From: Candidatus Latescibacterota bacterium
Lineage (GTDB): Bacteria > Latescibacterota > UBA2968 > GCA-2709665
DNA length: 64,000 bases
Assembly (NCBI GenBank): GCA_965222075.1
Contig: OZ244937.1
Coordinates: 3,264,001 to 3,328,000, forward strand
Direction of reading: 5' to 3'
The notes beneath the pieces are model-generated. The model searched no databases and was not told where the DNA came from. It saw nothing but the letters and a program-made list of their open reading frames with translations. Positions 18,811 to 29,235 of this stretch are shown piece after piece (positions within the stretch are counted from its first letter, which is position 1; every line of letters begins with the position of its first letter). The position numbers were made by a program, and so were the translations under genes.

Positions 18811-20451
18811 TCACAGCCCCTGCCACAAATCACCGTCCAGACCCGCCGCATGGCGGTGGGCAGCAGGATCGCCCGCTGCGTAGAACATTCCGCTATCCTG
18901 GTCGACATAAAGCATCACAGGCGTAGCGATCGGCCCCGCCTTTGCCTCGACTTGATGTCCACGCCCGGCAAGCGCTTCCCGAACATGCTGGCTCACCCTG
19001 TCACTGATGGTCAACGATCCGGCCCGGATGAACGCCTGCGCGCGGTCGGGGTTGGGGTCGAACGAGTCCTGGTGATGGGCCGTGGCGAAGCGCGGGGCGG
19101 TGACGGCTATTTCGGGCGGCATGTCGAACTCGATGAAGTCGAGAAGCAAATTCAGGGTTGCCTGGTCCTGCAGATCTCCGCCGGCAACGCTGATCGACAG
19201 AATCGGCAGGCCGTTTTTGAGGACCAGTGTGGGGGTAAGCGTGATACGCGGGCGCTTCCCGGCCTGGATACGGTTTGGATGGCCCGGGGTTGTGTTGAGG
19301 CTGCGCAGGCGGTTGCCGTAGGTCACGCCCGCCTGCCCGCCGTCGATTTTTGGGCGGTAGACGTTGGCGCTGGGCGTGGCGGCGACCACATTGCCCCAGC
19401 GGTCGGCAACCACACAGGTGGTCGTTCCGCCGACCCCCGGCCGAAATACGCCCTCTCCCTTCAGGGGTTTCATGTGATGTGGATCACCCGGTCGGGCTTT
19501 TAGGGAGGCTTTTTGCCTGTCGATCAGAGGCCGGCGGATCTCGGTGTAGGCATCGGAAAGCAGTTCAGATAAAGGGACATCCACAAAGGCAGGGTCTCCG
19601 TAATACGCGTCACGATCGGCCATTGCCAGCTTGAGGGCTTCCACAACCACGTGCACGTAATCTGCCGAGAGGTGTCCCATGGATTTCAGATCAAAGCCTT
19701 CCAGCAGGCGCAGGGCCTGACAGAGATAGGGCCCCTGGGTCCACGGGCCGCATTTGCACACGGTATACCCCTTATAGTTCACCGTTACCGGGTCTTCGAC
19801 CGTCGTGACGTGGGCTGCGAGGTCCGCCTTCCGAAGAAACCCGCCTTTCTGGATGTAAAAGGCTTCCAGCTCATCGGCGATGTCGGTACGATTTCGTCCG
19901 TAGAAGCGGTCGGTTGCGGCCTGCAGTTTTTCCTCGCGGCTTCCGGATGTGCTCTGTTCCTGCTCGACCATCCTGCGAAGGGTGACCGCGAGCCTGGGGT
20001 GCCAGTCCTCCTCTCCCGCGTCCAGAAGGGCCAGTGTGGGCGCCACGGCTTCCTCGTAAGTTTTTGTGCCGTAATGTTTGAGGGTGGTGATGCACAGGTC
20101 CGCAACCGAGGGGACAGGGGCCATTTTCATGTCACCTTCGCCGGGGATCCCGTTTTCCATATACCAGTCGATTGCGGCCTGTGAAAGCGGCGCGCGTCCC
20201 TGGCCGCAGAGCACTTTTACTTCCTGTTTTTTTGCGTCAAAAATAAGGAGGGGTACCTCACCCCCTATGCAGCAGGCGCCGTGATCCGTGACCTGGAGAG
20301 CAAAAATCGTGGCCGCGGCCGCGTCTGCCGCATTTCCGCCCTGTTTCAGAATCTCAATGCCTGCGGCCACGGCATCGGCACCGCCAGCGGCAACGACCCC
20401 TGTTTTGCTCACAGCCTTCCAGCCCATTTCCTGAGTGTTTGTGCCTTGCAT
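18811..20451 (-). CDS. Gamma-glutamyltransferase family (Ntn hydrolase)
   Basis: GGNAADAA, EALKLAMADRDAYYGDP, autocleavage GTT...ADRWGN, GKRPRITLTP; AAAGGAG RBS before ATG 20451. Confidence 0.88.
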   Translation of the reverse strand: MQGTNTQEMGWKAVSKTGVVAAGGADAVAAGIEILKQGGNAADAAAATIFALQVTDHGACCIGGEVPLLIFDAKKQEVKVLCGQGRAPLSQAAIDWYMENGIPGEGDMKMAPVPSVADLCITTLKHYGTKTYEEAVAPTLALLDAGEEDWHPRLAVTLRRMVEQEQSTSGSREEKLQAATDRFYGRNRTDIADELEAFYIQKGGFLRKADLAAHVTTVEDPVTVNYKGYTVCKCGPWTQGPYLCQALRLLEGFDLKSMGHLSADYVHVVVEALKLAMADRDAYYGDPAFVDVPLSELLSDAYTEIRRPLIDRQKASLKARPGDPHHMKPLKGEGVFRPGVGGTTTCVVADRWGNVVAATPSANVYRPKIDGGQAGVTYGNRLRSLNTTPGHPNRIQAGKRPRITLTPTLVLKNGLPILSISVAGGDLQDQATLNLLLDFIEFDMPPEIAVTAPRFATAHHQDSFDPNPDRAQAFIRAGSLTISDRVSQHVREALAGRGHQVEAKAGPIATPVMLYVDQDSGMFYAAGDPAAHRHAAGLDGDLWQGL

Positions 20452-20573
20452 CAATGTTCTCCTTTGTCTGGATAATTCTGCTTCCATAATCGTGCGCTCG
20501 CAATAACAATGCAACAGGCGACCCGGAATGTCAAGGCGGTTGTTGGGAGCACGAATACCCTGGTATCCCGGGT

Positions 20574-21851
20574 TCAGGAATCCTCGTCGCCTGCGAGGTC
20601 CTCAGCGACTTCCTCTTCGTCCGGCCTGGCTTCGTGCAGGGCGCCAAAGAGGCGCAGGGCAGGAGCGGCGACGGCTGTGGTGAGGGCCACCAGGATGGTT
20701 CCGATGCCACCGCTGACAACGGAGATGACCGGTCCGAACCAGTGGGCGACCAGGCCGGATTCCAGGCCGCCCAGCTCGTTCGAGGCGCCGATGAATACGT
20801 AGTTGACGGCCAATACGCGGCCGCGCATCCGGTCTGGGGTGAGCAGCTGGATAAGGGTTTGCCGGACGACCATGCTGATGTTGTCGAACGCGCCGGTGAG
20901 GGTGAGCATGGCCAGGGAGAGCCAGAACGATTTGGAGAGGCCGAAGAGGATGGTGACCGCGCCAAAGCCCGCCACGGCCAGCAGGAGATTGCGACCGGCG
21001 TGCCGCATCGGGGGAAGGTAAGCCAGGAGGAGGGCCATGCAGAAGGCCCCGGCGGCCGGGGCGGCGCGAAGCCAGCCAAAGCCCTGGGGCCCCACGCGGA
21101 GGATATCTTCGGCGAAGATCGGCAGCAGATAGACGGCGCCGCCCAGGAGCACGGCGAACATGTCGAGGGCCATCAGAGATAGGATGAGGCGGGTGCGCCA
21201 CACAAAGCGGATGCCCGCCAGCAGGTTTTGCAGGGAGGCACGCTCCGCCTTTTCCGGCGCTACCCGGAGGTCCACGCGCGTGAGCAGGGCGATAAAGAAG
21301 AGGGTGCTGGCTGCGCTGAGGCCGTAGGCAGAGGGAACGCTGACCATGACCACAAGGCCACCCAGGGCCGGGCCGACGACCCCGGCCATCTGCATCAGGC
21401 TGCTGTTCCAGGTGACGGCCATGGGGAAGATCTCGAGGGGCACCAGCTGGGGCACCAGGGCCGTTCTGGCAGGGCGGCCCAGAGTCATGACCGAGGCGTC
21501 TAACAGGAGCAATCCGTACATCAGGACGACAGGACCGTTTGCAAGCGAGAGCGCCGCCAGCCCAAGGGATGTGAGGGTCATTCCCAGCAGGCTGAAGGTG
21601 ACGACCCTGCGGCGGTCGAACCTGTCCGCCAAGTAGCCTGCGGGCAGGGCCAGGACGATGGTGGGCAGGGCCTGGGCCAGGCCGACCAGGCCCAGTGATA
21701 GCGCCTGACCAGTGCGTTGGTAAATTTCCCAGCCGATGGCGATGCTCTGGACCTGCGTGCCTACCATGGCGAAAAACCAGCCCAGGATGTAGCGCCGGTA
21801 GTTGCCGATGAGGAAAACCGCATAGGGGTCGTGCTTTTTGGGTTCGGACAT
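20574..21851 (-). CDS. MFS transporter (EntS/MFS_3-like)
   Basis: About 12 hydrophobic segments; GYLADRFDRRR, TPDRMRGRV, SNELG.LESG. Confidence 0.9.
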   Translation of the reverse strand: MSEPKKHDPYAVFLIGNYRRYILGWFFAMVGTQVQSIAIGWEIYQRTGQALSLGLVGLAQALPTIVLALPAGYLADRFDRRRVVTFSLLGMTLTSLGLAALSLANGPVVLMYGLLLLDASVMTLGRPARTALVPQLVPLEIFPMAVTWNSSLMQMAGVVGPALGGLVVMVSVPSAYGLSAASTLFFIALLTRVDLRVAPEKAERASLQNLLAGIRFVWRTRLILSLMALDMFAVLLGGAVYLLPIFAEDILRVGPQGFGWLRAAPAAGAFCMALLLAYLPPMRHAGRNLLLAVAGFGAVTILFGLSKSFWLSLAMLTLTGAFDNISMVVRQTLIQLLTPDRMRGRVLAVNYVFIGASNELGGLESGLVAHWFGPVISVVSGGIGTILVALTTAVAAPALRLFGALHEARPDEEEVAEDLAGDEDS

Positions 21852-21952
21852 AGGCAGTTATCGCCCACCGCGGGTTGTTTGTGGTTTCACGAGCGGTCTG
21901 GAGTTTCACCCCATCGGCGACCTCTCCCCGGCAGAGGTGCTGCTCTACGACT

Positions 21953-22861
21953 CTATGATTCTATCCATTTCTCTCGTTCCCACTGCTTCTGTCCGATCCG
22001 CTCCACGTACTCCGCTCCCTTGTGCTCCAGCAGCCAGCCCTTCAGTGGCACATCGTCATCCGTCGGCTGCCACCATCCTTTTACATCTACCCCGTCCCCC
22101 AGAAGCTGACGTCGAATCGGATCGCACTTTTCGAGGGTCTCGTCCGGTATCACATTATAGTCGAGACCTCTGAGCCACCGGTAGCTGTACCCGAGGAACA
22201 ACACTTTTCTTGTCACATCGGACGTATTCAATCCCCGCGAATGCCACAACCGTCGGTCGAACAGAACCGCCGTTCCGGCCTTCACCCGAACCTGAACCAT
22301 GTCTTCGAAACCCGCTCCGGTCGGTGAATCCGGACCCCCTTCAGGCTCACGATCCGGCGGCGTGTCGTGCTTGTGGCTGCCCGGGACGATTCGAATCCCG
22401 CCCCGGTCGGGTTGGTCGGTATCCGTCAACCAGAACGCGATTTTCAACGACAATCGCGGATGTGGACGCTCCATTTCCGGCACGGGGCGGCCGCCATCCT
22501 GATGCCAGCCGCCTGCCTTAGGGGCTTCTTCCTGCTTCGGCTTTGGCGGATAGTAAATCAGGTGCGAAATGTAGTGCTGAACATTCCACCCGAGGATATC
22601 CCAGATCAGCGGGAAGGTCCTTGGCCAATCCAGCAGTTCGAGAAAGATGTCCTCTTCGACGATCGTCCGGAACTTCGCCATGATCTCGTTGGGGGCGATC
22701 GCCCGGTTCTTACGTTCTTGGGCATCGACCCGATCAGCGGCTTCCTGCAAGCATCCCACCATCTTGGAATCCAGCGCATCTTCAACGATCAGATAGCCTT
22801 GCTGATCGAAGTGGTCTCGCTGTGCATCCGTCATGCTGTAGTCAAGACATGTAGGTTCCAA
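21953..22861 (-). CDS. Phytanoyl-CoA dioxygenase (PhyH) family Fe/2OG dioxygenase
   Basis: FDQQGYLIVEDAL, WHQD, VPGSH, KAG..LFD..LWH; TTG start after GGAGG. Confidence 0.85.
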   Translation of the reverse strand: MEPTCLDYSMTDAQRDHFDQQGYLIVEDALDSKMVGCLQEAADRVDAQERKNRAIAPNEIMAKFRTIVEEDIFLELLDWPRTFPLIWDILGWNVQHYISHLIYYPPKPKQEEAPKAGGWHQDGGRPVPEMERPHPRLSLKIAFWLTDTDQPDRGGIRIVPGSHKHDTPPDREPEGGPDSPTGAGFEDMVQVRVKAGTAVLFDRRLWHSRGLNTSDVTRKVLFLGYSYRWLRGLDYNVIPDETLEKCDPIRRQLLGDGVDVKGWWQPTDDDVPLKGWLLEHKGAEYVERIGQKQWEREKWIES

Positions 22862-22917
22862 TATAACGCCTCCATTACACGTTGTATGGATTGCGACCCC
22901 ACAGCTCCCGCGTACGT

Positions 22918-24492
22918 TCAACCCTTCAGGCCGTTGAGCTCGGTGATTTCCGGATCGGTCAACGCGCGGTTGTAGATGCGCAGATCCCGGATTCTGCCGT
23001 TGAAGGTGTTGTGTTGGCCGGAACCGATTTTGAGCGGTTTGTCGTTGGAAAGGGTGTAGTCGGCCGGGTTGAAGGCGGAGGAAGTGGCCGCGAGGGCGCC
23101 GTCGACGTAGAGCTTGAGTTTGTTACCGTCCCGGATTGCGGCCAGGTGCCGCCAGCCGGGGGCGAGTTCGTGGTCGCAGGTGACGCTTTTGCCAGCCTCC
23201 AGTGAGTAGACGCGGCCGGAAGGGAGGGTGCCGGCGTAGAGTTTGCCGTTGAAGGCGGCCATAGACCAGACGCGGCGGTATTTGACGTCGGGGGTTTTGT
23301 CGAGCTGGCCGGTGAGGGTCCACCTGGTTGCACCATCGTAACGGTAGACCTGGCCGAGCGGGAGGGTGCCGGCGTAGAGTTTGCCATTGAAGACGGCCAT
23401 GGCCATGACTTCCCGCTCCTCGCCCAGGCGGCCGACGTCGGTCCACATCGGCTCCCCATCGTCGCGGAAGACCTTGCCTTCGGGCCAGGTGCCCACGTAC
23501 ATCTGGCCGTTGTGGATGGCAAAAGAGTAGACCTGGGTGACGCCCTCCTGGTTGCCGGCGTTGGACCATTCCGTGCCGCCCTCGTAGCGGTAGACGCCGC
23601 CGCGCCCTTCCCCTTCGTTGCCCGCGCCGTAGAGATAGCCGTCGAAGACGGCCAGTGACATCATCCGCTTGCCGGGGCCGCCGCAGTGGGTCCAGGTACT
23701 TCCCCCATCGTAGCGGAAGACGCCCTGGCTGTAGAGAGGGATGGCGTAGAGCCGGCCTTTGTAGATTGCCATGCCGGCGACGGAGTCGGCGCCTTCGAGG
23801 TGGCCGATGGAGGGCCACTCGCCGCCCCCCTCGTAGCGGTACATGTTCCCGCCCGGGTTCTGGTTCTCGGAGTCGGGAAGGGCGGAGCCGCCGGCTTTGT
23901 ATCGGGAAGAACCGGCGTAGAGCCGGCCCTTGTACACGGCCAGGGAGGCGACGGTGTTGCATTTGTCCGGGCTGCCGCAGTCGATCCATTCGGTCCCGCC
24001 CGCATAGCGGTAGACGTGGCCGGATTCGTCCGCGCCGGTTTCAAAGGTGCCCGCGTAGAGGTCTCCCTCGAAGACGGTGAGGGAGTAGACCCGCAGGTTG
24101 TTGCCGGGACGGCCGCAGTCGATCCATTCCCCGGTCTGCCCGCTGTCGATGCCGAAGTGAACGTGCCGGTAGTTGGACTGGGCGGCGGTGACGCCCGCGT
24201 GGTTCATCAGGCTGAAGTTGAATCCGGTTCGGCTTTCCGGGTCGTATTTCCCCAGGATGTCGCCCAGGACAGTGTCGAGTTCACCTTCCGTATGCACCCG
24301 AACGGAAATGGAGAAGTCGCCGTCGTCCAGGTTGAGGGATTCGCTGTTGGGTACTTCTATGCTGCCGCTCACCCCCCCGCCTGTCGCAGTGAAATCGGCA
24401 CCGTGGTTGTCGCCGTGGTTGCCGTTGCCGGAGCGGTCTTTGCAGTCACCAGTGAGTTTCCAATGGCCGATCAGGCCGGAATCGATGCTCAT
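22918..24492 (-). CDS. LamG-like jellyroll with inserted beta-propeller
   Basis: LIGHWKL..DRSGNGNHG at N-terminus; WRHLA...LYVDG...GRIRDLRIYNRAL at C-terminus; about 7 LAVxxGxLYAG...VYRYxGG repeats between. Confidence 0.8.
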   Translation of the reverse strand: MSIDSGLIGHWKLTGDCKDRSGNGNHGDNHGADFTATGGGVSGSIEVPNSESLNLDDGDFSISVRVHTEGELDTVLGDILGKYDPESRTGFNFSLMNHAGVTAAQSNYRHVHFGIDSGQTGEWIDCGRPGNNLRVYSLTVFEGDLYAGTFETGADESGHVYRYAGGTEWIDCGSPDKCNTVASLAVYKGRLYAGSSRYKAGGSALPDSENQNPGGNMYRYEGGGEWPSIGHLEGADSVAGMAIYKGRLYAIPLYSQGVFRYDGGSTWTHCGGPGKRMMSLAVFDGYLYGAGNEGEGRGGVYRYEGGTEWSNAGNQEGVTQVYSFAIHNGQMYVGTWPEGKVFRDDGEPMWTDVGRLGEEREVMAMAVFNGKLYAGTLPLGQVYRYDGATRWTLTGQLDKTPDVKYRRVWSMAAFNGKLYAGTLPSGRVYSLEAGKSVTCDHELAPGWRHLAAIRDGNKLKLYVDGALAATSSAFNPADYTLSNDKPLKIGSGQHNTFNGRIRDLRIYNRALTDPEITELNGLKG

Positions 24493-24505
24493 GTTTGAGT
24501 TCTCC

Positions 24506-24925
24506 TTATCCAAATACGGTTTGGAACCACAGCGGTGATTCATCCACAACCGCCACGCCTTCAACCTGGATGAGGAGGTCGGGGTGGAAGAGGCGGAGGA
24601 CCTCAAGCAGGGTGGCGGCAGGGGCGTCGGGCAGGAATTCGTCGCGGGCTTCCTTAGATGCAGGGAAGTCTTCCATTCGGGTGATCCAGGTGGTGATCTT
24701 GATCAGGTCCGAAAGGTCGCCGCCCGCTTCCTGCAAGATCCGGCGCATGTTCTGGTAGATCTGGCGCGTCTGGATGCGGATATCGCCCTTGCCCACGATA
24801 TTGCCGTCGGCGTCGTGGGCCGCCTGCGCTGAGAGGTAGACCAGGCGGCCGCTTTCGTACCGCGTTGCCATTTTGTAGTTGGCGATCGGTTTTGCTTTTT
24901 CGGGTACGATTGTTGTGTAGGCCAT
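24506..24925 (-). CDS. RidA/YjgF-family protein
   Basis: VGKGDIRIQTRQ...ILQEAGG.LSD..K..PAATLLEV..L..PDLLI.VE. Confidence 0.8.
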   Translation of the reverse strand: MAYTTIVPEKAKPIANYKMATRYESGRLVYLSAQAAHDADGNIVGKGDIRIQTRQIYQNMRRILQEAGGDLSDLIKITTWITRMEDFPASKEARDEFLPDAPAATLLEVLRLFHPDLLIQVEGVAVVDESPLWFQTVFG

Positions 24926-25153
24926 CGGTAATGGAGATGCGCTGGAAGTTTGATGCCCATTGGACCCTGTTCTCTCACCCGTACGGGGATTGGGATTTTC
25001 TGTGAAATCCCCGGCACATGATTGGAGGGGCAGTGTGGAATGTCAACACAAAAAAAGAGGGACCCGGGGAGGATTCTATTGCTCCTTCCCGATTCTGTGC
25101 TTATCTTGGGTGAGGGAAAGGGGCGGCTTAACGTTCTCAACGAGAGGAGGCCT

Positions 25154-26086
25154 ATGTCAGCGGTCCGCTTTGAAGGGGTTTTTCCAATTCTGGTGACGCC
25201 CTTTGACGAGGAGGGGGAGGTTGATCTGGCATCCTTCGACCGTACGGTCCGTTTTATGGTGGATATCGGGGTTGACGGGGTGACGGTTCTGGGGGTTCTG
25301 GGCGAATCCAACCGGATGGTGGATGCGGAGCGCGAGCAGTTGATCCGGATGGCCGTGGATGCGGCGGACGGGCGGATTCCGGTTGTGGCGGGGACCAGTC
25401 ACAGCGGGACGGCAGCGACCCGGACGCTGAGCCGGATGGCGGAGTCCCTGGGCGCGGACGGGGTGATGGTGACGCCACCACGCGAACCCGTGCCGAGCGA
25501 GGCGCGTATTTTCGAGTTTTTCCAGCAGGTCGCAGAGGGGATTTCGATTCCTGTTGTGGTCCAGGACCATCCGGCGTCGACACAGGTGCAGATGTCTGTG
25601 CCGCTGATGCTCCGGCTGATTGATGAGATTCCCCGGGTGGCCTGCATCAAAGAAGAGGCGGTGCCCACCCCGCCCAGGATTGCCGCGCTTTTAGAGGGAA
25701 TGGTGGACCGGCGGGTCTCCATCCTGACCGGGCTGGGCGCGCTTTACGGGTATTTTGACCTGGCGCGGGGGTCGAACGGGTTTATGACCGGGTTTGCGTT
25801 TCCGGAGGTGCTGCTGGCGATGGTGGGGGCCGCACGGGAGGACCGGTTGGATACGGTGCTCGAGATCTACAATCGTTTTCTGCCTCTGATCGTGTTCGAA
25901 CAGCAGCCGGGAGTGGCGGTCCGCAAGGAGGTGTTCCGGCTGCGGGGACTGATTGACAGCAGCCGGGTGCGGCATCCGGGGAGCAATATCGATGGGGAGA
26001 CGGGGGCGCAATTAAGGTCTCTGCTGAAGAGGGTGCTGGGAAGAGTAGACATTACGCAACCGATTGAAGTAAAAAGTGAAAGGTGA
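25154..26086 (+). CDS. Dihydrodipicolinate synthase family aldolase/dehydratase (QD-type)
   Basis: GVFPILVTPF, GVLGE, QDHP, Schiff-base IKEE, G.MTG; GAGGAGG RBS. Confidence 0.85.
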   Translation: MSAVRFEGVFPILVTPFDEEGEVDLASFDRTVRFMVDIGVDGVTVLGVLGESNRMVDAEREQLIRMAVDAADGRIPVVAGTSHSGTAATRTLSRMAESLGADGVMVTPPREPVPSEARIFEFFQQVAEGISIPVVVQDHPASTQVQMSVPLMLRLIDEIPRVACIKEEAVPTPPRIAALLEGMVDRRVSILTGLGALYGYFDLARGSNGFMTGFAFPEVLLAMVGAAREDRLDTVLEIYNRFLPLIVFEQQPGVAVRKEVFRLRGLIDSSRVRHPGSNIDGETGAQLRSLLKRVLGRVDITQPIEVKSER

Positions 26087-26100
26087 AAAAGGGGCGTGCT

Positions 26101-27315
26101 ATGAAGATTATCGATGTTGAAATTATCCCGATATATCCGAAGATCGCAACGCGGAATGCGGACCAGAAGGCGCGGTTTCGGGACATCAATTGCCGCACGA
26201 TTTTTAAGGTGAAGACAGACAATGGGGTGGTGGGGTACGGGGACGCCCGGTGTGCGCCGCCGCCAAAGGAGAGCGTGGCGAACGTGGTGGATCGGAATCC
26301 GTTTGATTTTATCAATGCGAATCTGAATACGGGGCTGATGGGGGCGCTTTACGATGTGATGGGCAAGCACTTAGAGGTTCCGGCCTACAAGCTGATGGGT
26401 CAGAAGATGCGCGACCGGGTGCCGGTGGCGGCCTGGACGCGGCCAGCCTCGCCGGAGGATCTGGCGAAAGAGGTCCAGCGGGCGGCGGTTGAGGGGTATA
26501 TGATTTTCAAGATGCACACGTGCACGTATTACGATCTGTTCGAGCAGAACCAGGCGGTCGAGGAGGTGGCGCCGGAGGGGTTCAAGATGCACTATGATTT
26601 CAACCACAGTCGGCCCCTGTCTGCAGTGCTGCACATTATTCAGGAACTGGAGAAGTCGCCGGTGGTGGGGCTTATCGAGGACCCGCTGTTTTTGTGGGAT
26701 ACCGATGGGTGGCGGCGCCTGCGCGAGCAGACGCGCCTTCCAATCCTGATGCACGTGCCGCAGCTCGGCGGAGGGCCGGAGATCATCCAGGGATGCGCAG
26801 ACGCGTATATGGTGGGCGAGGGAGGGATCGGGCCGACGCTGTGCCGGGGGTTTGCATGCGCAGAGGCCAATATTTCCACGGTGATCCAGCTTACCGGAGG
26901 GACGCTGACGAAGGCGATGGCGATGCACATGGGCGCGGTGCTGCCCCTGGTGATGCATTCAACCAATCTGGATGACCAGTATGAGGAAGATGTGGTTAAA
27001 GAGCGAATCGAGGTGGCGGAGGGGTCCTCACCCGTTCCGGAAGGCCCGGGCCTGGGGGTGGAGGTGGACGAGGAGACGCTGGCTGTGGCGGCGGCCAACG
27101 GGCCGACGGAGATTCCCCGGCACATGGGGGTGCTGCACCTGCCGGGCGGGCACAAGGTGTATACGCATTCGTTTCCGAATGTGAGCAAGCTGACCGGGTT
27201 CCCGGAGGGGAATATCCGGGGAATCCGGCTGGAGATATGGGACGACGATGGGTCATCGGAGTTTGAAGAGATGTACGAGCGGGTTGGGAAGGAGGGAGCG
27301 GTTTGGGAGAAGTGA
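26101..27315 (+). CDS. Mandelate racemase/muconate lactonising (enolase superfamily) protein
   Basis: MKIIDVEIIPI, YD..GK...VP.YKL.G, K.H, DFN, IEDP, VPEGPGLGVEVDE. Confidence 0.85.
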   Translation: MKIIDVEIIPIYPKIATRNADQKARFRDINCRTIFKVKTDNGVVGYGDARCAPPPKESVANVVDRNPFDFINANLNTGLMGALYDVMGKHLEVPAYKLMGQKMRDRVPVAAWTRPASPEDLAKEVQRAAVEGYMIFKMHTCTYYDLFEQNQAVEEVAPEGFKMHYDFNHSRPLSAVLHIIQELEKSPVVGLIEDPLFLWDTDGWRRLREQTRLPILMHVPQLGGGPEIIQGCADAYMVGEGGIGPTLCRGFACAEANISTVIQLTGGTLTKAMAMHMGAVLPLVMHSTNLDDQYEEDVVKERIEVAEGSSPVPEGPGLGVEVDEETLAVAAANGPTEIPRHMGVLHLPGGHKVYTHSFPNVSKLTGFPEGNIRGIRLEIWDDDGSSEFEEMYERVGKEGAVWEK

Positions 27316-27327
27316 GAGGGGAGTGAG

Positions 27328-29142
27328 ATGAACCAGCCGATTTGCGTGCTTCGCGCGGGCAGCGACCCGGCGTGCGATCTTGGCGCGGAGATGCTCCGCT
27401 GCGAGGGGTTTCCCTGGCTGGAGGAGGCGCCGGCCGAGGGGTTTGACTCCGCTCCACCGGGGGTTAAACTGTTCGTTGTGGCAGGCGCGGGGGTCAGCCG
27501 CACGACCGCAGGACGGCTGGCAAAGGCGGTGAACCTGGGGGTATCGCTTATTGCGCTGGCGCCGAACCCTGCGCTTGCAGCGGTGTTCGGGGTGAGGGTT
27601 CGCGAGGCGGTTGTAGACGCGCATCTCTCCGTAGCCGGCCTTTCCGGCTGGGAGCACGGGGATGTGCCGCTGCTGTGCCCGGACGATGTGGCGCATCCCT
27701 TAGAGGGGGGATGTGAGGTAGCGGCACTGAGGGATCTTGAGGGCCGCAGGTGCGGCGCCGGCATTGTGAGGGTGCGCAAGGGTGCAGGGTGCGCCTGGTT
27801 TTACGGATACGATCTGTGTGAGACGATTGCGACGTTGCGCCACGGTACCGGCCGGCTGGATCCCACTGAGGAGATAAGCTGGAAGGGGCCCCGGGTTATT
27901 AACGGGTTTCTGGAACTGTCCGGTAAACTGCCTCACGACGTTCCGGTGGCCGACCTCCACCAGGATGTGCTGCGTTCGATTGTGACCGGGACGCTTGCCG
28001 ATGTGTCTCTGCCGAGGCTCTGGCACTTCCCGGAGGGGGCACCGGCGGTCTGGGTGGTGAGGGGGGACGGCTGCGGGGAGGAGGGCGCCGATTTCGAGGT
28101 GGAGGTTGTTGAGAAACAGGGAGGTTTTCTTACGTTCTGCCGGCCACCGAAGAGCCGGTACGGGGGGGAGTTGATGCGGGAGTGGCACAACCGGGGACAC
28201 GGCATTACGATCGAGGCCAATATCAACGATATCACGCAGCCGGCCGTAGAGAATGGCTCCGGAAGCCGGACGGCTGCAGAGCTGAATGCAGACTGGCACC
28301 CGGCCATCCGCGCCAATCTGGAGGGGCACCGCGATTCGTTTATGCGCGAGACGGGGCTTGAGACGGAGACGTTTATGACCCACTCCGCGCAGTGGACCGG
28401 GCTGCCGATGGCCAGGATGGTCCGCGAACTAGGCTGGCGCACGGCCATCCCCTTTATGTCGTACGATCCCCGCATCCTGCCGGGAGATCGGAAGGGGCCG
28501 TATATGATCTCCACGGCGCTCCCGATGCGCTACTTCGACCGGGAAGCGGGCGTTCTGGATCTCTGGCATCTGCCGTACCAGAATATCGATACGATCTGGC
28601 AGGGCATTGCGAAGCAGCCGCTGCCGGTGGAGGCAGACGGGGCGGACCTGGAGGTCCGGTATCGCATGCTGGGACAGACGGGGGAGGCGTACGGGGCGCA
28701 GCTGGCACGGTTTGCAGAGGATGCGGCAGCACGCTGGCACGGCGTGCAGGTTTCCAGTTTTCACCCGTGCTACGTGGCGTCGCCCCGGCCCTATGTTGGA
28801 TCGTCGCAGCGGGCGTTGGAGATTGCAATGGAAGGGGCACGGGCAGCCGGCTGCCGGTTTGAGAACCTGGAGCGGTGGTCGCGCTTTTTCCGCGCGAGGG
28901 CCGGGGTGCGGCTGAGGGAGTGGTGGTCTGAAGAGACGACAATATTTGTTACGCTGGAATCGGATTCGGGGATCGAAGGGCTTACGCTGCTTTTGCCGGA
29001 TAGGGTGAAGGAGGTGCGTCTGAAAGAAAGGGGCGATATTTTGCCGGTGCGACAGCTTACTCTGGAAGGGCGAACGCAGAATGCTGTGGTGGTGGATTTG
29101 GGGGAAGGTTCTCCGTTGAGGGTGTGCCTCAAGAAGGCCTGA
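27328..29142 (+). CDS. Hypothetical protein (possible deacetylase-like barrel)
   Basis: 604-aa ORF with RBS and host-like codon usage inside an operon; PRLWHFP..A...V.GD and FHP motifs are only suggestive. Confidence 0.6.
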   Translation: MNQPICVLRAGSDPACDLGAEMLRCEGFPWLEEAPAEGFDSAPPGVKLFVVAGAGVSRTTAGRLAKAVNLGVSLIALAPNPALAAVFGVRVREAVVDAHLSVAGLSGWEHGDVPLLCPDDVAHPLEGGCEVAALRDLEGRRCGAGIVRVRKGAGCAWFYGYDLCETIATLRHGTGRLDPTEEISWKGPRVINGFLELSGKLPHDVPVADLHQDVLRSIVTGTLADVSLPRLWHFPEGAPAVWVVRGDGCGEEGADFEVEVVEKQGGFLTFCRPPKSRYGGELMREWHNRGHGITIEANINDITQPAVENGSGSRTAAELNADWHPAIRANLEGHRDSFMRETGLETETFMTHSAQWTGLPMARMVRELGWRTAIPFMSYDPRILPGDRKGPYMISTALPMRYFDREAGVLDLWHLPYQNIDTIWQGIAKQPLPVEADGADLEVRYRMLGQTGEAYGAQLARFAEDAAARWHGVQVSSFHPCYVASPRPYVGSSQRALEIAMEGARAAGCRFENLERWSRFFRARAGVRLREWWSEETTIFVTLESDSGIEGLTLLLPDRVKEVRLKERGDILPVRQLTLEGRTQNAVVVDLGEGSPLRVCLKKA

Positions 29143-29235
29143 AGCAGAGGAGATTTTCCGCAGATTCCGCACAGTAGGCGGATATGGCGTTTTCTTACCG
29201 GTCCTGTGACGGGCAGCCGACTGAAAGGAGATGAG

